64,000 nucleotides of DNA, from positions 47,897 to 111,896 of the forward strand of contig CAZBTX010000003.1 of assembly GCA_964494945.1 (NCBI GenBank), written 5' to 3'. Shown here in pieces: positions 9,199-17,857 of this stretch. This stretch comes from an uncultured Candidatus Saccharibacteria bacterium. Its GTDB lineage: Bacteria > Patescibacteriota > Minisyncoccia > Sungbacterales > JACQCQ01. The translations under genes and the position numbers were made by a program. The notes under the pieces are model-generated. The model was not told the origin of the DNA, made no database searches, and was given only the letters and a program-made list of their open reading frames with translations. How positions within the stretch are numbered: the first letter of the stretch is position 1; each line of letters starts with the position of its first letter.

Positions 9199-10299
9199 AT
9201 GCTCTTTGCTCCCGTGAGAACATTAGCCAAACGCCTGTTGTCGGTTCCGATAGTGGGGCTGGATATTTCCGACCGCACCGTAAAATTTATACGTTTTAGC
9301 CGGCACCGTCTGCGTGTCAAGGTTGAGAGCTATGGCAGTGTCGCGATTGAAGAAGGAGTAGTGGTGGGCGGCGAGATAAAAAAACCGGAAATTCTCGTAC
9401 CCCAATTGGCCGCGCTTAAACTGCAAAGCGGCGGAATCTTCCGGGGCAGGTTTGTAGTCGCCTCACTCCCCGAAGAAAAAAGTTTTCTGCGCATCATTCA
9501 AGTGCCGCGGGTAAAAGTGGAAAAGCTCCAGAACGCCGTGCGCTGGGAATTAGAGGGGAATATTCCCATCGCCCCGGAAGAAATTTACTTTGATTACGAG
9601 GCGGTGCCGTCATTGGATGAGAAGCCGGATCACTTTGATGTTCTGACGATAGCTTTCCCGCGGACGATCGTTGACACTTACGTTTCCGTTTTGCGCCAGG
9701 CAGGATTTATACCCCTAGCTCTTGAATTGGAGTCCCAGTCCATCGCGAGAGCCCTTGTTGACAGAAAAGACCTTAGTACGCCGAGGGTCTTTGTGGACAT
9801 CGGGGCTTCTCGCACGAGTTTTGTTTTAGTGGGTGGCGGAACCATCATTCTTACTTCCACCATTCAGCTTTCCGGCGTGGAGTTTAACAAAGCCATTATG
9901 CGGGCCCTCAATGTGTCCTATGAAGAAGCTGAAGAGATCAAAAAGAAAGATGGGCTTCGTGAAGATGTCAATGGCGGAAAAGTGGCGGTTGTCCTAAAGC
10001 CGTTTCTTGAGACACTGTCGGATGAGATTGAAAAGCAAATAGAATTCTATCGCGATCATTTATCGGAGCATCACGGCACGTCCCGCGACATAGAATCCAT
10101 AGTTCTTACGGGCGGGGATTCCAGCTTAATAGGACTTGATGCTTATTTGGCCCGGGCGCTTAAAAAACCGGTACTGATGGCGAATTCATTCGCCTCGCTC
10201 GGAACGGCCTTCGGCGATTATATGCCGCCCATTACCCAAAAAGACGCCATGCAATTCACGACTGCCATCGGTCTTGCGCTTCGCGATATGGATATATAA
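9199..10299 (+). CDS. pilM: Type IV pilus assembly protein PilM (actin-like ATPase fold)
   Basis: Begins ...IVGLDISDRTVKFI; length and order (pilM-pilN-pilO) are typical. Confidence 0.8.
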   Translation: MLFAPVRTLAKRLLSVPIVGLDISDRTVKFIRFSRHRLRVKVESYGSVAIEEGVVVGGEIKKPEILVPQLAALKLQSGGIFRGRFVVASLPEEKSFLRIIQVPRVKVEKLQNAVRWELEGNIPIAPEEIYFDYEAVPSLDEKPDHFDVLTIAFPRTIVDTYVSVLRQAGFIPLALELESQSIARALVDRKDLSTPRVFVDIGASRTSFVLVGGGTIILTSTIQLSGVEFNKAIMRALNVSYEEAEEIKKKDGLREDVNGGKVAVVLKPFLETLSDEIEKQIEFYRDHLSEHHGTSRDIESIVLTGGDSSLIGLDAYLARALKKPVLMANSFASLGTAFGDYMPPITQKDAMQFTTAIGLALRDMDI

Positions 10300-10346
10300 C
10301 CCCTCAATAACAAATTCCTAATTCCTAATTTCTAAATAATTACGCC

Positions 10347-10892
10347 GTGATCTTATTCCAGCCCAATTTGCTGCCGCCCCAAGTTCGCGACGAAACGCGA
10401 TACGCGGTGATGTCGCGCGTGGTCGCGCGTCTCGGCGTGATATTCGCGGTTCTTGCCGTATTCTTTGCCGTTTTGCTTTTGCCTTCGTTCATCTTAGTCA
10501 GTTTGCAGAAGAACGAAATTTTGCGACAAGTGGAATTTGAAGAGGCCAATCCGTTAACGCATCGCGTCAACGAAGTTGACGGCAGGGTGGACAAGGCCAA
10601 TAAGCAAATCCTCGGCTTGAAAAATAACCTTTTGGGTCAAGATACGCTTTTTTCAATGCTCTCGGCAGTGCTTGCCGACTCGCCTGAGGGCGTCAGTTTC
10701 CAGCATTTTATTTTTGACAGGGGAGAGAAAACGCTAAGTTTGGCGGGCAAGGCCAAAACCCGGGCGAGCGTTTTGGAATTGGATACGCGGCTTAAAAAAC
10801 TGCCGTTGGCGGAGAAAGTTGAACTGCCGCTTGCGAGCCTAGTGCGCGAAACCGATACTGATTTTACCATACGGATTTTATTGAAATTATGA
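10347..10892 (+). CDS. pilN: PilN-like pilus assembly protein; GTG start, single N-terminal TM
   Basis: N-terminal '...NLLPPQVR' motif characteristic of PilN, then a TM helix; stop overlaps the pilO start (ATGA). Confidence 0.7.
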   Translation: MILFQPNLLPPQVRDETRYAVMSRVVARLGVIFAVLAVFFAVLLLPSFILVSLQKNEILRQVEFEEANPLTHRVNEVDGRVDKANKQILGLKNNLLGQDTLFSMLSAVLADSPEGVSFQHFIFDRGEKTLSLAGKAKTRASVLELDTRLKKLPLAEKVELPLASLVRETDTDFTIRILLKL

Positions 10893-11449
10893 CACATTCC
10901 AGCGGACTTCTTGGTTTTATAAAGACCCTGCTAATTACACTCATAGCTCTTGTGGCTTTGGGGTATTTGCTGCCATATCGGATATTTTCTGCGATTGGGT
11001 CGTCATCAGGCCAAATTCTGGAGGCATATACCAAGCTTGCCCGCATTGATATGGCCAAGCTTTCCGCGCGCCGGAACCAGCAAATGCTTGCAGAAAACGA
11101 GCAGAAAATCGCGCGCGTGAACACGACTTTTTTCTCACCCGAAAATCCCTTGCCGCTCATAGAGCATTTGGAAGCGTTGGCGAAATCCGCTCAAGTGGAA
11201 CTGAAAATCAATTTAGTGCAAATTCCCGGGTCGGAATTTCCCGACTTTCAGCTTTTGGTTTCCGGCGTCACCCCACAAATTTTCTCGTTTCTCCGCATGC
11301 TGGAAAACGGGGATAAGGTAATTGTTGTGAGTACTGCTTCATTTGATAAATTGGGTCCGCAAGAGCTTGCCTCCGCGGGCGGCAAGAGCGGCGTCAGGCC
11401 TCCTCCGGAACGCTTAACGATAACGGTGCGTGGATTGCTCACGAAATAA
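10889..11449 (+). CDS. pilO: PilO-like pilus assembly protein
   Basis: Position after pilN, single TM, coiled-coil region; translational coupling to pilN. Confidence 0.65.
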   Translation: MTHSSGLLGFIKTLLITLIALVALGYLLPYRIFSAIGSSSGQILEAYTKLARIDMAKLSARRNQQMLAENEQKIARVNTTFFSPENPLPLIEHLEALAKSAQVELKINLVQIPGSEFPDFQLLVSGVTPQIFSFLRMLENGDKVIVVSTASFDKLGPQELASAGGKSGVRPPPERLTITVRGLLTK

Positions 11450-11486
11450 ACTTATGCTTTTGCCTTTCTCACAATACTTAAATAAT

Positions 11487-11753
11487 ATGAAGCGCCCCTC
11501 ACTTACTTTAAGTACCGCGCTTGAGATTGTTATTGTCGCAGTAGGACTTCTTTTTGCAACGGCGATAGTGTGGGCGGCACTCGTCTATTACCGTAATACG
11601 CTGCCTTTGGTGGAAAATATGCCTCTCGCGAATTTCAAGCCGCGTGAGCTGAACATTCCCGACCTTGATCGGGTAATAAAATTGCTGGATGCGCGCCGGT
11701 CTCAATTTACCGGCTCTTCCACCCCACCCGATGTCTTGAACGTGTTTCGTTGA
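11487..11753 (+). CDS. Small membrane protein, 88 aa, last gene of the pilMNO unit (PilP-like position)
   Basis: ATG at 11487 (MKRPSLTL...), one TM helix; the longer track ORF starts upstream. Confidence 0.5.
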   Translation: MKRPSLTLSTALEIVIVAVGLLFATAIVWAALVYYRNTLPLVENMPLANFKPRELNIPDLDRVIKLLDARRSQFTGSSTPPDVLNVFR

Positions 11754-11834
11754 TTTTAAAAGTCAAATTGATTTTCTCCGCGGTTCCCGATACAATTCCG
11801 TCTGCATTTGTATCCCTCCCCGTAGTTCAACTTG

Positions 11835-11931
11835 CCCCCACACCAATCCCCTCGTAGCTCAATGGACAGAGCAGCGCTCTTCTAAGGCGTTGATGAGGGT
11901 TCGATTCCTTCCGAGGGGATTGGTGTGGGGG
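11835..11931. mobile_element. MITE-like inverted-repeat element, copy 2, enclosing tRNA-Arg(TCT). Arms CCCCCACACCAATCCCCTCG / CGAGGGGATTGGTGTGGGGG are a perfect 20-bp pair whose innermost 7 bp form the tRNA acceptor stem.
   Basis: Seen directly; same CCCCCACACCA terminus as the other copies. Confidence 0.6.
11848..11919 (+). tRNA. tRNA-Arg (anticodon TCT); begins with a C1-G72 pair; no encoded CCA
   Basis: Manual cloverleaf: acceptor CCCCTCG/CGAGGGG, U8, D-arm GCTC-AATGGACA-GAGC, anticodon loop CTTCTAA, T-arm GAGGG-TTCGATT-CCTTC. Confidence 0.7.
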
Positions 11932-11946
11932 TGAAGACAGAACTCC

Positions 11947-11990
11947 GGACTTCTAAGCTCTTGATCGAGGTTCGATTCCTCGCGAGGGGA
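11947..11990 (+). pseudogene. Partial duplicate of a tRNA 3' half (anticodon loop TTCTAAG, T-arm CGAGGTTCGATTCCTCG, acceptor CGAGGGGA)
   Basis: Aligns with the 3' half of the tRNA at 11848-11919, with substitutions; no matching 5' half. Confidence 0.5.
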
Positions 11991-12063
11991 CACTTTAGAA
12001 AAATTATGGAATTGCACCGATAAAAACCGCAAAAGAACCCAAATTCTAAATCATAATTTTTTC

Positions 12064-12312
12064 ATGCTTTATACACTCAAACCGCACGCGCGAATGCGTA
12101 TGCGAGAGAGAAAAATTACTGAACGTATCATTAAAGACGTACTCGACAATCCCACTAAGATCGAATATGATACAAAAGGTAGAGTGTTATTCAAGAAACT
12201 TTATCAGAATAAAGGAAAAGAACGCCTTGTACTTATTGTAGGCGAAAGACGAGGAAATTTAACGGAAATTATTACGATAATAGACACAACTAAGGTTAAA
12301 AAATATCTATGA
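12064..12312 (+). CDS. DUF4258-family protein (putative toxin of a two-gene toxin-antitoxin-like pair)
   Basis: 82 aa; '...HARMRMRERKITERIIKDVLDNP' matches the DUF4258 N-terminal signature; about 33% GC; overlaps the next gene by 4 nt. Confidence 0.55.
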   Translation: MLYTLKPHARMRMRERKITERIIKDVLDNPTKIEYDTKGRVLFKKLYQNKGKERLVLIVGERRGNLTEIITIIDTTKVKKYL

Positions 12313-12545
12313 ACAAAAAAAACATAAAAATCTTATATGATAAAAATAGTCAAGTTCTTTCTTTAGAAATTAGGAGGGGGGAAAGTGTTGACTCTGATAT
12401 TCAGGACAACGTGGTACTTGATTATGATAAAAGGGGCAAAATCGTCAGAATCAATCTCTACGATTTTAGTTTTGATCAATTTCGATCTAAACGTTCGGCG
12501 CTCAAAAAGTTCTCTCGCCAGCTCCTTTTATCGCCACGGCGATAA
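12309..12545 (+). CDS. DUF2283-family protein (putative antitoxin partner of DUF4258)
   Basis: 78 aa; 'LSLEIRRGE...VVLDYDKRGKIVRINLYD' matches DUF2283; ATGA overlap with the upstream gene. Confidence 0.55.
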   Translation: MNKKNIKILYDKNSQVLSLEIRRGESVDSDIQDNVVLDYDKRGKIVRINLYDFSFDQFRSKRSALKKFSRQLLLSPRR

Positions 12546-12774
12546 AAACCGCCAAAGAACCCGTGAAAAACATCGGCGGGAACTATATTTTGAATTTGCT
12601 TGCACTTGAGTATAGTCGAAGTGGGGGACGGAAAAATTTTCATAAGGATCTTATACGAGAGGTAATAGAAGTGCTGATTTTTTGTTGCTATTGACTTTTG
12701 CGAATGTTTATTCTATACCGTAAACAGTAGTTCAATCCCCTAAATAGCCGTCAACAGACGGCAAGGAGGAGCTC

Positions 12775-13311
12775 ATGATCAGCCGACACACTCTCGAAGG
12801 ACACATGGATGTTCGGGAAGTAAAGGTGAGGCCGGCCATATATCACCTGGTCGGTCCAACCACCGAACGGATGCCGGTGATGACGGGCGAACGTCCGATG
12901 AACTGGGGCTGGGAGAAGCTCTCGGAGCTTTCCGAGATCGCCGGGACCCGAGGCACCGATCTGGTGATGGAGTTTATCTGCATCAGGCCCTGGCGCCTCG
13001 GAAGCAGAGAAGGTGGTAGTATCACACTCGCTATCCCCGACTCCCCAGATGGGTTCGTCATGTATGGCAGAGGCGAGAAGTTTCTAACTCGGGGCTGCTG
13101 GGGGAGCGGGCCCCTCTACACTGTCGCGATCGAGGAAGCCGAGTTTCGGTCGTACCTAGACAAGATGATCGCCAGTCATGAGGTTTTTGTGCCGGCCGGA
13201 TGGGCGATCGCGGTCCTTGAGGACATGATGAAGATCCGCCGCCGCAGGGATGATCAGCGACACAATGACGAGGAGCGGCGGCGACGTGAAGAGGCTTCTC
13301 AGTTCGGCTAA
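12775..13311 (+). CDS. Hypothetical 178-aa protein, high-GC (about 60%), family unknown
   Basis: AAGGAGGAGCTC then ATG; candidate promoter TTGACT-N17-TATACC about 100 nt upstream; own GC-rich terminator. Confidence 0.6.
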   Translation: MISRHTLEGHMDVREVKVRPAIYHLVGPTTERMPVMTGERPMNWGWEKLSELSEIAGTRGTDLVMEFICIRPWRLGSREGGSITLAIPDSPDGFVMYGRGEKFLTRGCWGSGPLYTVAIEEAEFRSYLDKMIASHEVFVPAGWAIAVLEDMMKIRRRRDDQRHNDEERRRREEASQFG

Positions 13312-13345
13312 AGGAAAGGCGTGCCAGCGCCGAGCAACAACTTCT

Positions 13346-13380
13346 GACGAAGTACCTGGCAGTACTTCGTCTTTATTTTT
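13346..13380 (+). terminator. Rho-independent terminator (GACGAAGTAC-CTGGCA-GTACTTCGTC then TTTATTTTT)
   Basis: Perfect 10-bp stem followed by T-run, 35 nt after the stop of 12775..13311. Confidence 0.75.
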
Positions 13381-13543
13381 ACGCGAATTTGCCGCCACAT
13401 CCTTTGTTAAAGCTACGGAAGGGCAAAGCAAAGAAAAACTTGCCTGTCCGTCTCGGGCGGAAAAATTTGATGGTTCGTTCGCCTGGGGCGGGCGAACCAA
13501 CCCAGGACTTAATCAAATTTCTACTACCTGGCATACTTAATAC

Positions 13544-14437
13544 GTGGCGCGGTTTTTCGTTTTTAAAAAAACGCCGAGCAGCACTAAACCCGGATTTACG
13601 TTAATTGAAGTGCTGATAGTTATTGGCGTCTTAGCCATTATCGGCTCAATTTCGTTAGGGGCTCTTTCGCGTTTCCGGGGCGGAAGCCAAATAGATACGG
13701 CGGTTAGATCGGTTCTGGGGACATTAAGACTTGCGCAATCAAAGACCCTGGCCTCCGAGGGTGACGCATCGTATGGCGTGCATTTCGAATCAGATCGCGT
13801 AGTGCTTTTTCAGGGGCCTGTGTATTCTTCAGGCGCCAGCGGCAATCAGATAGTGCTATTACAATCTCCGGTAAGGGTTGCCGTTATCTCGCTGACCGGG
13901 GGCGCGGCAGATACACTTTTTGGGCGCGTAACGGGCACCTCCAGCGTTTCTGGGGCCGTTACTCTTTCTGACGGGACAAGAACCAGAGTCGTAACACTTG
14001 AATCGTCCGGGCAAGCCCGGGCAGAAGCGGCCGCGCTGGCAGCAGGCAATACGCGCATTACTGATACTCGCCACGTAAATTTTTTGCTTGGCTGGAGCAT
14101 TCAAAACGCCACCGCCCTGAAACTTATATTTTCCAATCCGCCTAATCCCGATACGGTGCAGTCAATCGGCATGAGTCCGTATTTCAACGCCGACAAATCC
14201 TCCTTTGACTGGAGCGGTACAGTGAACGTCAACGGAGACAGCCAGACGCTCCGCGTCCACACCGTTTCGCTGGATGCGGTCAATACCCATCTCTCAATTC
14301 ACCGCGATCGCGGCCTTAACGATAAGGCAGTCGCAATCTTTATTACCGACGGCGGCTTTGATAAGGAGATTGTGAGCTACACTGCCGCCGGTACGTCCAC
14401 CGCCGGCATTTATGGCGGGACCATGACGGTGCAGTAA
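13544..14437 (+). CDS. Type IV pilin-like protein (prepilin class III signal: ...KPG|FTLIEVLIVIGVLAII); GTG start
   Basis: N-methylation/prepilin-peptidase motif G-FTLIE plus hydrophobic helix; Ser/Thr/Gly-rich globular domain. Confidence 0.75.
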   Translation: MARFFVFKKTPSSTKPGFTLIEVLIVIGVLAIIGSISLGALSRFRGGSQIDTAVRSVLGTLRLAQSKTLASEGDASYGVHFESDRVVLFQGPVYSSGASGNQIVLLQSPVRVAVISLTGGAADTLFGRVTGTSSVSGAVTLSDGTRTRVVTLESSGQARAEAAALAAGNTRITDTRHVNFLLGWSIQNATALKLIFSNPPNPDTVQSIGMSPYFNADKSSFDWSGTVNVNGDSQTLRVHTVSLDAVNTHLSIHRDRGLNDKAVAIFITDGGFDKEIVSYTAAGTSTAGIYGGTMTVQ

Positions 14438-14477
14438 AAATCCTAATTTCTAATATCTAATTTCTAGGCAAATCCCA

Positions 14478-15041
14478 ATGATTAAAATTACAAACTCAAA
14501 ACACAGATTTAAGAAATTTGAATTTAGAATTTTGAATTTGTTTAGGATTTCGGATTTAGGATTTAGAGTTTCCGCATATGGGGGTTTCGGTTTGATTGAG
14601 GTTATTATCACCTCGGCCTTGATCTCGCTGGTGCTGGGCGCCTTTATTCAAGTGGCCAATGTTTCGCTTAAACTCCTGCAAAACGAAAAATATACTCTGG
14701 AAGCGTCTTATCTTTTGGAAGAAGGCATAGAGGGGTTGCGGGTGATCCGCGACAGCGGCTGGGACGCCAATATTGCGCCTTTGGCCAACGGTACCAGCTA
14801 CTATCTGCTTGCGGCTTCAACCTATTCCTTAACCGCCGTGCCCCCGCCGTTTATCAACGGGCGCTATATGCGCACGATTGTCTGGGGCGCGGTAAATCGC
14901 GATGCCAACGACCGCATCGCGTCTGCTGGGACGCTTGACCCCGGTACGCGGCAAGCAACCGTTACCGTCGCCTGGTCAAATCGCCAGGCCACCACATCGG
15001 TCCAGTCGGTTATTTATCTTACGAATTTTAGGCAGGACTAG
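14478..15041 (+). CDS. Pseudopilin/minor pilin (motif ...GG|FGLIEVIITSALISL). Start uncertain; possibly an internal TTG giving a shorter leader.
   Basis: Prepilin-type N-terminal cleavage/methylation motif; 5' part of the ORF overlaps AT-rich repeats. Confidence 0.65.
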   Translation: MIKITNSKHRFKKFEFRILNLFRISDLGFRVSAYGGFGLIEVIITSALISLVLGAFIQVANVSLKLLQNEKYTLEASYLLEEGIEGLRVIRDSGWDANIAPLANGTSYYLLAASTYSLTAVPPPFINGRYMRTIVWGAVNRDANDRIASAGTLDPGTRQATVTVAWSNRQATTSVQSVIYLTNFRQD

Positions 15042-15114
15042 CTATGTTCAAGCATTATTTCCGCCCATTGGGTTTCACCCCGTTAGAAATTTCTAAAATG
15101 TGCTGTTTAGTATC

Positions 15115-15681
15115 ATGAGGTTTTATCCCAGGAAAGAAAACCACATTTCCTCACCAGCTCTTGCGGGATTTCTAACGGGGTTCACGCTTATTGAGATCAT
15201 GGTCTATGTTGCCATCTTGGCGGTAATTTCGGCGTTCCTTTTGCAGACGCTCATTTCTTTTTCGGCGGTCTACCGCAAAGTCCAGGCGGAACGCGATGTG
15301 CTGGCCAATGCCCGCGGCGCCATGGAAACGCTGGGTCTGGAAATCCGCGGCGCTAAGAATGTTTATACTCCCACATCCGCTCTCTCGGCGACCACAAGCC
15401 AACTGTCGCTCGCAACTTCACTAAGTTCTAATGTGAACGAGGCGTTAACGTACGTTGATTTCTACGTTGATAATAAGCGCTTGTATTCAAAGCGCGAAGG
15501 CGCCGCAGCTTCTCCCATAACTTCGGAGAACGTGGAAGTCGCTGAATTTTTAGTGGAGCGCGTAACGGCTGGAACACGCGAATCAGCGCGGATAACGCTG
15601 ACACTCACTTCCGCGCTTCGCGGCCCGTTCCAGGCCTCCTCAACCATTACCGCCGCTTTTACGCCCAGAGGCAATTACTAA
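15115..15681 (+). CDS. Pseudopilin/minor pilin (motif ...LTG|FTLIEIMVYVAILAVI)
   Basis: ATG at 15115 in frame; prepilin motif G-FTLIE. Confidence 0.7.
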   Translation: MRFYPRKENHISSPALAGFLTGFTLIEIMVYVAILAVISAFLLQTLISFSAVYRKVQAERDVLANARGAMETLGLEIRGAKNVYTPTSALSATTSQLSLATSLSSNVNEALTYVDFYVDNKRLYSKREGAAASPITSENVEVAEFLVERVTAGTRESARITLTLTSALRGPFQASSTITAAFTPRGNY

Positions 15682-15724
15682 CAAAATTTTCAATTATCAA
15701 TTTACAATTTTCAATCAAATCAAA

Positions 15725-17032
15725 ATGTACCAATATTCCAAACATTTGAAAATTGAATCATTGAAAATTCATTGGAAATTAGGAATTGAAAATTGGAAAT
15801 TTCAGAAGGGGTTCGCCGCCTTGACCTCGTTAATATTTGTTCTGGGCATTTCGCTGGCGTTGATTTCGGGTTTCGTGTTTGTAACACTTCGCGAGGTAAA
15901 AACTGCCAGGAACTTCTCGCAGTCGATGAGGAGTTATTACGCCGCGGAGAGCGGTGTGGAAGACGCGATATATCGCTTCATTACGGGGAAGCAAATTACG
16001 TCCGGCGAAACTTTGGCTACCGGCACTGCCACCGGAACCATCTCCATCGCCACTCTTGGCGCGGAGAAAACCATCACTGTTTCCGGCGTCGCCCCCAACC
16101 AGTACTATCGCAAAGTGGAAGCCAAGATCGCTTCCCAGGTTATGGATGTCGGGTTTCATTACGGAGTGCAAGTGGGGTACGGCGGTCTGACTTTGGGCGA
16201 TGGTTCGGAAATCGTGGGCGACGTCTTTTCTAACGGCAAGATTAAAGGCGCCGGCAAGGCAAAAAGCACGGTAACGGGTACAGCGGAAGTTGCCGGCACC
16301 AGCACTATAGAAGATATTAAAATAAACCAAAACGCCTACGCCTATAGCTTTGAAGATTGCGCTATCGGCGGCGTGGCGAATTATTTCAATTCCTTTTCCG
16401 AATGCACCGCCGGCGGAGGCGCGGTAGTAATGAGCCAGCAAATACCGGCGCAGAATTTTCCCATCTCGCAGGACGACATTACCGCGTGGGAGAACGATGC
16501 TTCCGCCGGCGGCTATACGTCAAGCTACTCGCTTGGCAATAACACTTCCGGTTCGCTCGGCCCCAAGCATATTACCGGGGACGTTACCCTGGGCAATAGT
16601 TCCACACTGACTCTTGGCGGAACGGTTTGGATAAGCGGCACGCTAACATTCGGCAACACGGATAAAATAAAACTTGATTCGTCGTATGGAGCAAACGGCG
16701 GGATAATTATCGTGGACGGTGCGGTTGATATGAGCAATAAACCCATCCTAGAGGGTTCGGGACAAGCCGGGAGCTATTTGCTGCTTATCTCAAATTATAG
16801 AGGCGCGGGGTACGCTATCAATGTGGGGAACAGCGCCTCAAGTTCCGTGTATTTCGCGCCCAACGGTACGATCAATTTAGGCAACGGCATAGATTTGCTG
16901 GAGGCAACGGCATACAAGATTATCATCGGCAATAATGCCTCGGTCACGTATCAGCAGGGGCTTCTGGATACAAATTTCACTTCCGGTCCCACCGCAAACT
17001 GGTCAGTAAAAAGTTGGAAGGAGGTTCAGTAA
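15725..17032 (+). CDS. Large pilus-associated protein, 435 aa: prepilin-like N-terminus (QKG|FAALTSLIFVLG...) then Gly/Thr/Ser/Asn-rich repetitive, beta-helix-like domain. Candidate tip/minor pilin (PilX/PilY-like role).
   Basis: N-terminal hydrophobic helix after a KG motif but lacking Glu5; repetitive G-x-x-T/S segments. Confidence 0.55.
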   Translation: MYQYSKHLKIESLKIHWKLGIENWKFQKGFAALTSLIFVLGISLALISGFVFVTLREVKTARNFSQSMRSYYAAESGVEDAIYRFITGKQITSGETLATGTATGTISIATLGAEKTITVSGVAPNQYYRKVEAKIASQVMDVGFHYGVQVGYGGLTLGDGSEIVGDVFSNGKIKGAGKAKSTVTGTAEVAGTSTIEDIKINQNAYAYSFEDCAIGGVANYFNSFSECTAGGGAVVMSQQIPAQNFPISQDDITAWENDASAGGYTSSYSLGNNTSGSLGPKHITGDVTLGNSSTLTLGGTVWISGTLTFGNTDKIKLDSSYGANGGIIIVDGAVDMSNKPILEGSGQAGSYLLLISNYRGAGYAINVGNSASSSVYFAPNGTINLGNGIDLLEATAYKIIIGNNASVTYQQGLLDTNFTSGPTANWSVKSWKEVQ

Positions 17033-17118
17033 TCCCGCCAGAAGTCACGATCGCAAAATATAGATTAGAAACATATTAACTTCTTCAATTTAAGATTCTA
17101 TAAGGCATGAACGCGTTT

Positions 17119-17141
17119 GATCGCGATCTGCTTCTAACGGG
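17119..17141 (+). promoter_or_regulatory. 23-nt leader motif GATCGCGATCTGCTTCTAACGGG (contains palindrome GATCGCGATC) immediately before an ATG. A second copy at 22479-22501 precedes the DUF457 gene; an inverted variant lies at 22392-22414.
   Basis: Exact 23-nt repeat seen at two loci, each ending 0 nt before an ATG. Confidence 0.5.
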
Positions 17142-17189
17142 ATGAATTTCTACCAAGAGGTCTATAAGTGGGTAAGAAAAATTCTTTGA
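17142..17189 (+). pseudogene. Truncated paralog of the alkyltransferase-like gene (MNFYQEVYKWVRKIL*), a 15-codon remnant
   Basis: Its first 12 residues are near-identical to the N-terminus of the 18673..19008 product (MNFYEEVYKWVCKV...), then a stop. Confidence 0.6.
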
Positions 17190-17220
17190 GAAAACGCAGA
17201 TGCAAATAGAAAAGAAGTAT

Positions 17221-17247
17221 ACCAAGGGCCGCGATTGAATCGCGGCC
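17221..17247. terminator. Bidirectional hairpin AGGGCCGCGAT-TGA-ATCGCGGCCCT (11-bp stem)
   Basis: Perfect stem; T-rich on both flanks; lies 3' of the minus-strand gene 17267..17527. Confidence 0.55.
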
Positions 17248-17266
17248 CTTTCGTGATTTATGGAAA

Positions 17267-17527
17267 CTACCCCCTGGGATAGGCAGCCGTCCACTCAGTG
17301 AGCTTTCCCATAGCCTCCTCGACATTGTGTGTAGGGCGAAGCTCCTCGTAGTATTTCTCATCGAGCTTCGTGAGGAAGATGTTCATTTCTTCAACCTCGA
17401 TCTCGAAAGCCCGCCCGATGGAGATACCATCCTCCCGTTGGCGCTTCAGCGCTTGCTCATATAAACCCTGTGCGAACATCGTGAGTCCTTTCAGCATCTT
17501 GGGGTTGAATCCACAAAGTGGCATCAT
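17267..17527 (-). CDS. Hypothetical 86-aa protein (MMPLCGFNPKMLKGL...)
   Basis: AGGAGAAA then ATGATG; followed by the hairpin terminator above. Confidence 0.5.
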   Translation of the reverse strand: MMPLCGFNPKMLKGLTMFAQGLYEQALKRQREDGISIGRAFEIEVEEMNIFLTKLDEKYYEELRPTHNVEEAMGKLTEWTAAYPRG

Positions 17528-17618
17528 TTTCTCCTTTTCTGTTTCTGTTCTTGATTCCATTCCGTCATGCTTTTCAGGGTTTCCTCGACTGTCTGCGTCT
17601 CTCTGAATTTTTTGAACA
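17523..17618 (-). CDS. Possible 31-aa upstream ORF (MFKKFRETQTVEETLKSMTEWNQEQKQKRRK) translationally coupled (ATGA overlap) to 17267..17527
   Basis: Hand-translated; below the ORF-track size cutoff; stop overlaps the downstream start. Confidence 0.3.
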
Positions 17619-17857
17619 TCTTATCTCGGGTAATCCAGAGAGCATCCTGTTTCTCCCAATCCCCGTCGCTCTCCCCAAGCTAATCAGCGTTGAACACCAT
17701 GGGTAGTGTCTCCTTATAGGTAGTGTCTCCTTGCTGGGAATGAACTGTCTGTGCCTATCTCACAGCAAATAAGTATTATGGTCAAAAAATGCCTTATTTT
17801 AATATAGTAAGTAAACACTCTGTTTACTTTTGAGTACTTCTTTGCTATTCTCCAAGT

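Noticed and set aside
15793-16746. Several 60-200-aa ORFs on both strands inside the 15725..17032 pilus-associated gene
   Set aside because: Frame artefacts of a Gly/Thr/Ser-rich repetitive coding region.
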